Notes under the pieces: generated by a model
Seen by the model: only the letters and a program-made list of their open reading frames with translations
Databases searched by the model: none
What the model was told of the DNA's origin: nothing
DNA from: Pseudomonas aeruginosa
Lineage (GTDB): Bacteria; Pseudomonadota; Gammaproteobacteria; Pseudomonadales; Pseudomonadaceae
Assembly (NCBI RefSeq): GCF_001457615.1
Contig: NZ_LN831024.1
Location: 3,480,001 to 3,512,000 of the forward strand
Direction of reading: 5' to 3'
DNA length: 32,000 bases
Shown: positions 30,366-32,000 of the stretch, piece after piece
Layout: each line of letters opens with the position of its first letter
Position numbering within the stretch: position 1 is the first letter of the stretch
Program-made: the position numbers and the translations under genes

Positions 30366-30728
30366 ATGAAATTCCTCACTCCCGAGCAGATGGAAAAGCC
30401 GCGCAAGCGCCGCCTGCGCAAGAAACTGCGCCTGGGCGAGTTCCAGGAGTTCGGCTTCAGCTTCGAACTGACCTACGACCGCAACGCCCTCTCCCACGAC
30501 GATGCGCTGGACCATCTGATCGACTTCGTCGAGGCCCAGGGCTGGGTGTTCGGCGGTGGCGGCTCGCCGGAACAGGCGGAGATCAGCGGCTACCTGTGCC
30601 TGGCGCGGGTCGGCAGCCTGGACGAGGCGGACCGGGAAAGCGCCCGCCTGTGGCTGGAAGCCCAACCCTGGTGCAAGACCTTCGAGGTCGGCCCGTTGAG
30701 CGACTGCTGGCACAACTTCTTCGAGTGA
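30366..30728 (+). CDS. YggL family 50S-associated protein (DUF469)
   Basis: MEKPRKRRLRKKLRLGEFQEFGFSFELTYDR...DHLIDFVEAQGWVFGGGGS...WLEAQPWCKTFEVGPLSDCWH matches the YggL family. Confidence 0.9.
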   Translation: MKFLTPEQMEKPRKRRLRKKLRLGEFQEFGFSFELTYDRNALSHDDALDHLIDFVEAQGWVFGGGGSPEQAEISGYLCLARVGSLDEADRESARLWLEAQPWCKTFEVGPLSDCWHNFFE

Positions 30729-30730
30729 AA

Positions 30731-30761
30731 CCGGCGCCGGCACGACCTGGCCTGGCGCCGG
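30731..30761. terminator. GC-rich hairpin between convergent yggL-like and prdX-like genes
   Basis: CCGGCGCC ... GGCGCCGG, 8-bp arms, within the 51-bp convergent intergenic gap; no T tract. Confidence 0.35.
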
Positions 30762-30779
30762 CAGGCGCGAAGCTGCGAC

Positions 30780-31277
30780 CTACACCCGGATCAGGCGCGG
30801 TTCATGCCCCGTGTGGGCGAGGAAAGCCAGCAGGTCTGCGTAGCGGATGCACTCGGTGGCGGTATTCACCAACGGGTGGAAACCGAGCAACTGGTCCTGG
30901 CGGATGGCATCGTCGAGCAACACCTCGACCCTGTGCTGCGGATCGTTGACCAGCGCGAAAGGCGTCACGCAGCCCAGTTCGACGCCGAGGTATTCGCGCA
31001 GGCGCTCGACCGAGGCGAACGACAGGCGGCTTTCGCCGATCTGTTCGGCGATGCCCGGCAGGTCGGCCTCCTTGCGCTCGTCGAGCAGCACCAGGTAGTG
31101 GCGAGTACCCTTGCGGTTGCGCAGGAACAGGTTCTTGATGCCCTGGTCGGGCAATTCGATGCCCTGCGCGTAATATTCCTCGATGGAGGCGATCGCGGGA
31201 TGCTCGACCCGCTGGCTGTCGATGGCCAGCTCGCGGAGCAACGCCAGAAGCGCCTGCTCGTCCATTTTCGCACTCAT
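30780..31277 (-). CDS. YbaK/ProX-type aminoacyl-tRNA deacylase (PrdX-like)
   Basis: VEHPAIASIEEYYAQGIELPDQGIKNLFLRNRKGTRHYLVLLDERKEADLPGIAEQIGESRLSFASVERLREYLGVELGCVTPFALVNDPQHRVEVLLDDAI. Confidence 0.92.
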   Translation of the reverse strand: MSAKMDEQALLALLRELAIDSQRVEHPAIASIEEYYAQGIELPDQGIKNLFLRNRKGTRHYLVLLDERKEADLPGIAEQIGESRLSFASVERLREYLGVELGCVTPFALVNDPQHRVEVLLDDAIRQDQLLGFHPLVNTATECIRYADLLAFLAHTGHEPRLIRV

Positions 31278-31290
31278 GGGACGCGCGCCC

Positions 31291-31593
31291 TCAGGTGAAC
31301 TGCGAACCGGAACGGCGCACGAACTTGATCGACCACTTGAAGTTCGGCTTGCGCGTCACGCTGATCGGGCGCCGGGTCACGGTATCGATGGTGATGTTCC
31401 AGAACCCGGTGCTGGGCACCTTGATCTTCGCCGGGAAGCGGTCGAAGGCGCCGCCATGGTAGCTATGCCGCCCGCCATTCTTGAAACTGCGGAAATTGGC
31501 GTCGTTCATCAGGCGGATATTGCATTGCTGCGAGCACTCGATGACCACGATGTCGTCTTCGTTGAGGTGTTCGCGCTGGTGGACGAATTTCAT
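31291..31593 (-). CDS. DUF1883 domain protein
   Basis: Start chosen at MKFVHQREHLNEDDIVVIECSQQCNIRLMNDANFRSFKNGGRHSYHGGAFDRFPAKIKVPSTGFWNITIDTV, characteristic DUF1883; 100 aa. Confidence 0.9.
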   Translation of the reverse strand: MKFVHQREHLNEDDIVVIECSQQCNIRLMNDANFRSFKNGGRHSYHGGAFDRFPAKIKVPSTGFWNITIDTVTRRPISVTRKPNFKWSIKFVRRSGSQFT

Positions 31594-31690
31594 GGAACGG
31601 TTCCGTTGCTGCGGTGGAGCGGAGCGCAACGATAGCACGTCGGCGCCGGCCATACCGCCTCATGACGGGCAATGGTAGGATGCGCGCCCC

Positions 31691-32000
31691 ATGCGTAGCC
31701 AAGACCTCCACCAGCGCCTCGCCGATCTCGGCGCCAAGCCCCTGCATTGCGGGAGGATCGTCCGCGCCTGGCTGCAGGGCCGCGCCCTCGATGCCTGCAC
31801 CGCCCGCCAGCGGGCCGAGGACTTCCTGCCGCTGGGCGTACGCCATGGTCTGCCCCAGGTAGCAGCGGAACTGGAAGGCATCGCCCGCCTGCACAGCGAG
31901 CATCCGGCGAGCGACGGCTCGTCGCGCCTGCTGGTGGAACTGGCCGACCGTCAGATGGTGGAAAGCGTGCTGCTGCCGCGCGGTGGGCTGTGCGTCTCGA
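31691..32000 (+). CDS. RlmN/Cfr-like radical SAM rRNA methyltransferase (N-terminal part, truncated by window edge)
   Basis: Manual translation MRSQDLHQRLADLGAKPLHCGRIVRAWLQGRALDACTARQRAEDFLPLGV...LLVELADRQMVESVLLPRGGLCVS; ADRQMVESVLLP...LCVS resembles the RlmN region just before the radical SAM cysteines. The start codon could also be upstream. Confidence 0.7.
   Translation, partial: MRSQDLHQRLADLGAKPLHCGRIVRAWLQGRALDACTARQRAEDFLPLGVRHGLPQVAAELEGIARLHSEHPASDGSSRLLVELADRQMVESVLLPRGGLCVS

Overview
The window reads as contiguous core chromosome of Pseudomonas aeruginosa (species inferred from gene content and near-certain recognition of Tse1, Tsi1, XphA/XqhA and CcoN3). It is high-GC and densely coding, with no mobile element, CRISPR array, tRNA or rRNA that I can support. 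In order it holds: a truncated secretin (xqhA) with its GspC-like partner xphA; a small basic ORF; an Fe-S XPD/DinG-like helicase overlapping a FAN1/VRR-NUC nuclease gene; a TetR regulator; modABC; a SAM methyltransferase divergent from a LysR regulator; an APH(6)-like kinase; a DUF808 membrane protein; the orphan cbb3 oxidase genes ccoN3 and ccoQ3; an HPP-CBS membrane protein; a second LysR; a small conserved-looking ORF; a GGDEF membrane protein; a GlxA-type AraC regulator; a DUF1272 protein; an MFS transporter; nfuA; cti; the T6SS immunity/effector pair tsi1-tse1; metH; yggL-like; a prdX-like deacylase; a DUF1883 protein; and the start of an RlmN-like radical SAM methyltransferase. The systems most worth attention are tsi1-tse1, the FAN1-helicase overlap, XphA/XqhA and ccoN3Q3-HPP. 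Most of these families are already described. The less documented signals are regulatory: tandem MetR-type boxes before metH, an IscR-like site before nfuA, a ModE-like operator before modA, an inverted repeat before the TetR gene, a perfect hairpin in the ccoN3 leader, and a 15-bp perfect stem after tse1. I found no clearly novel multi-gene system.
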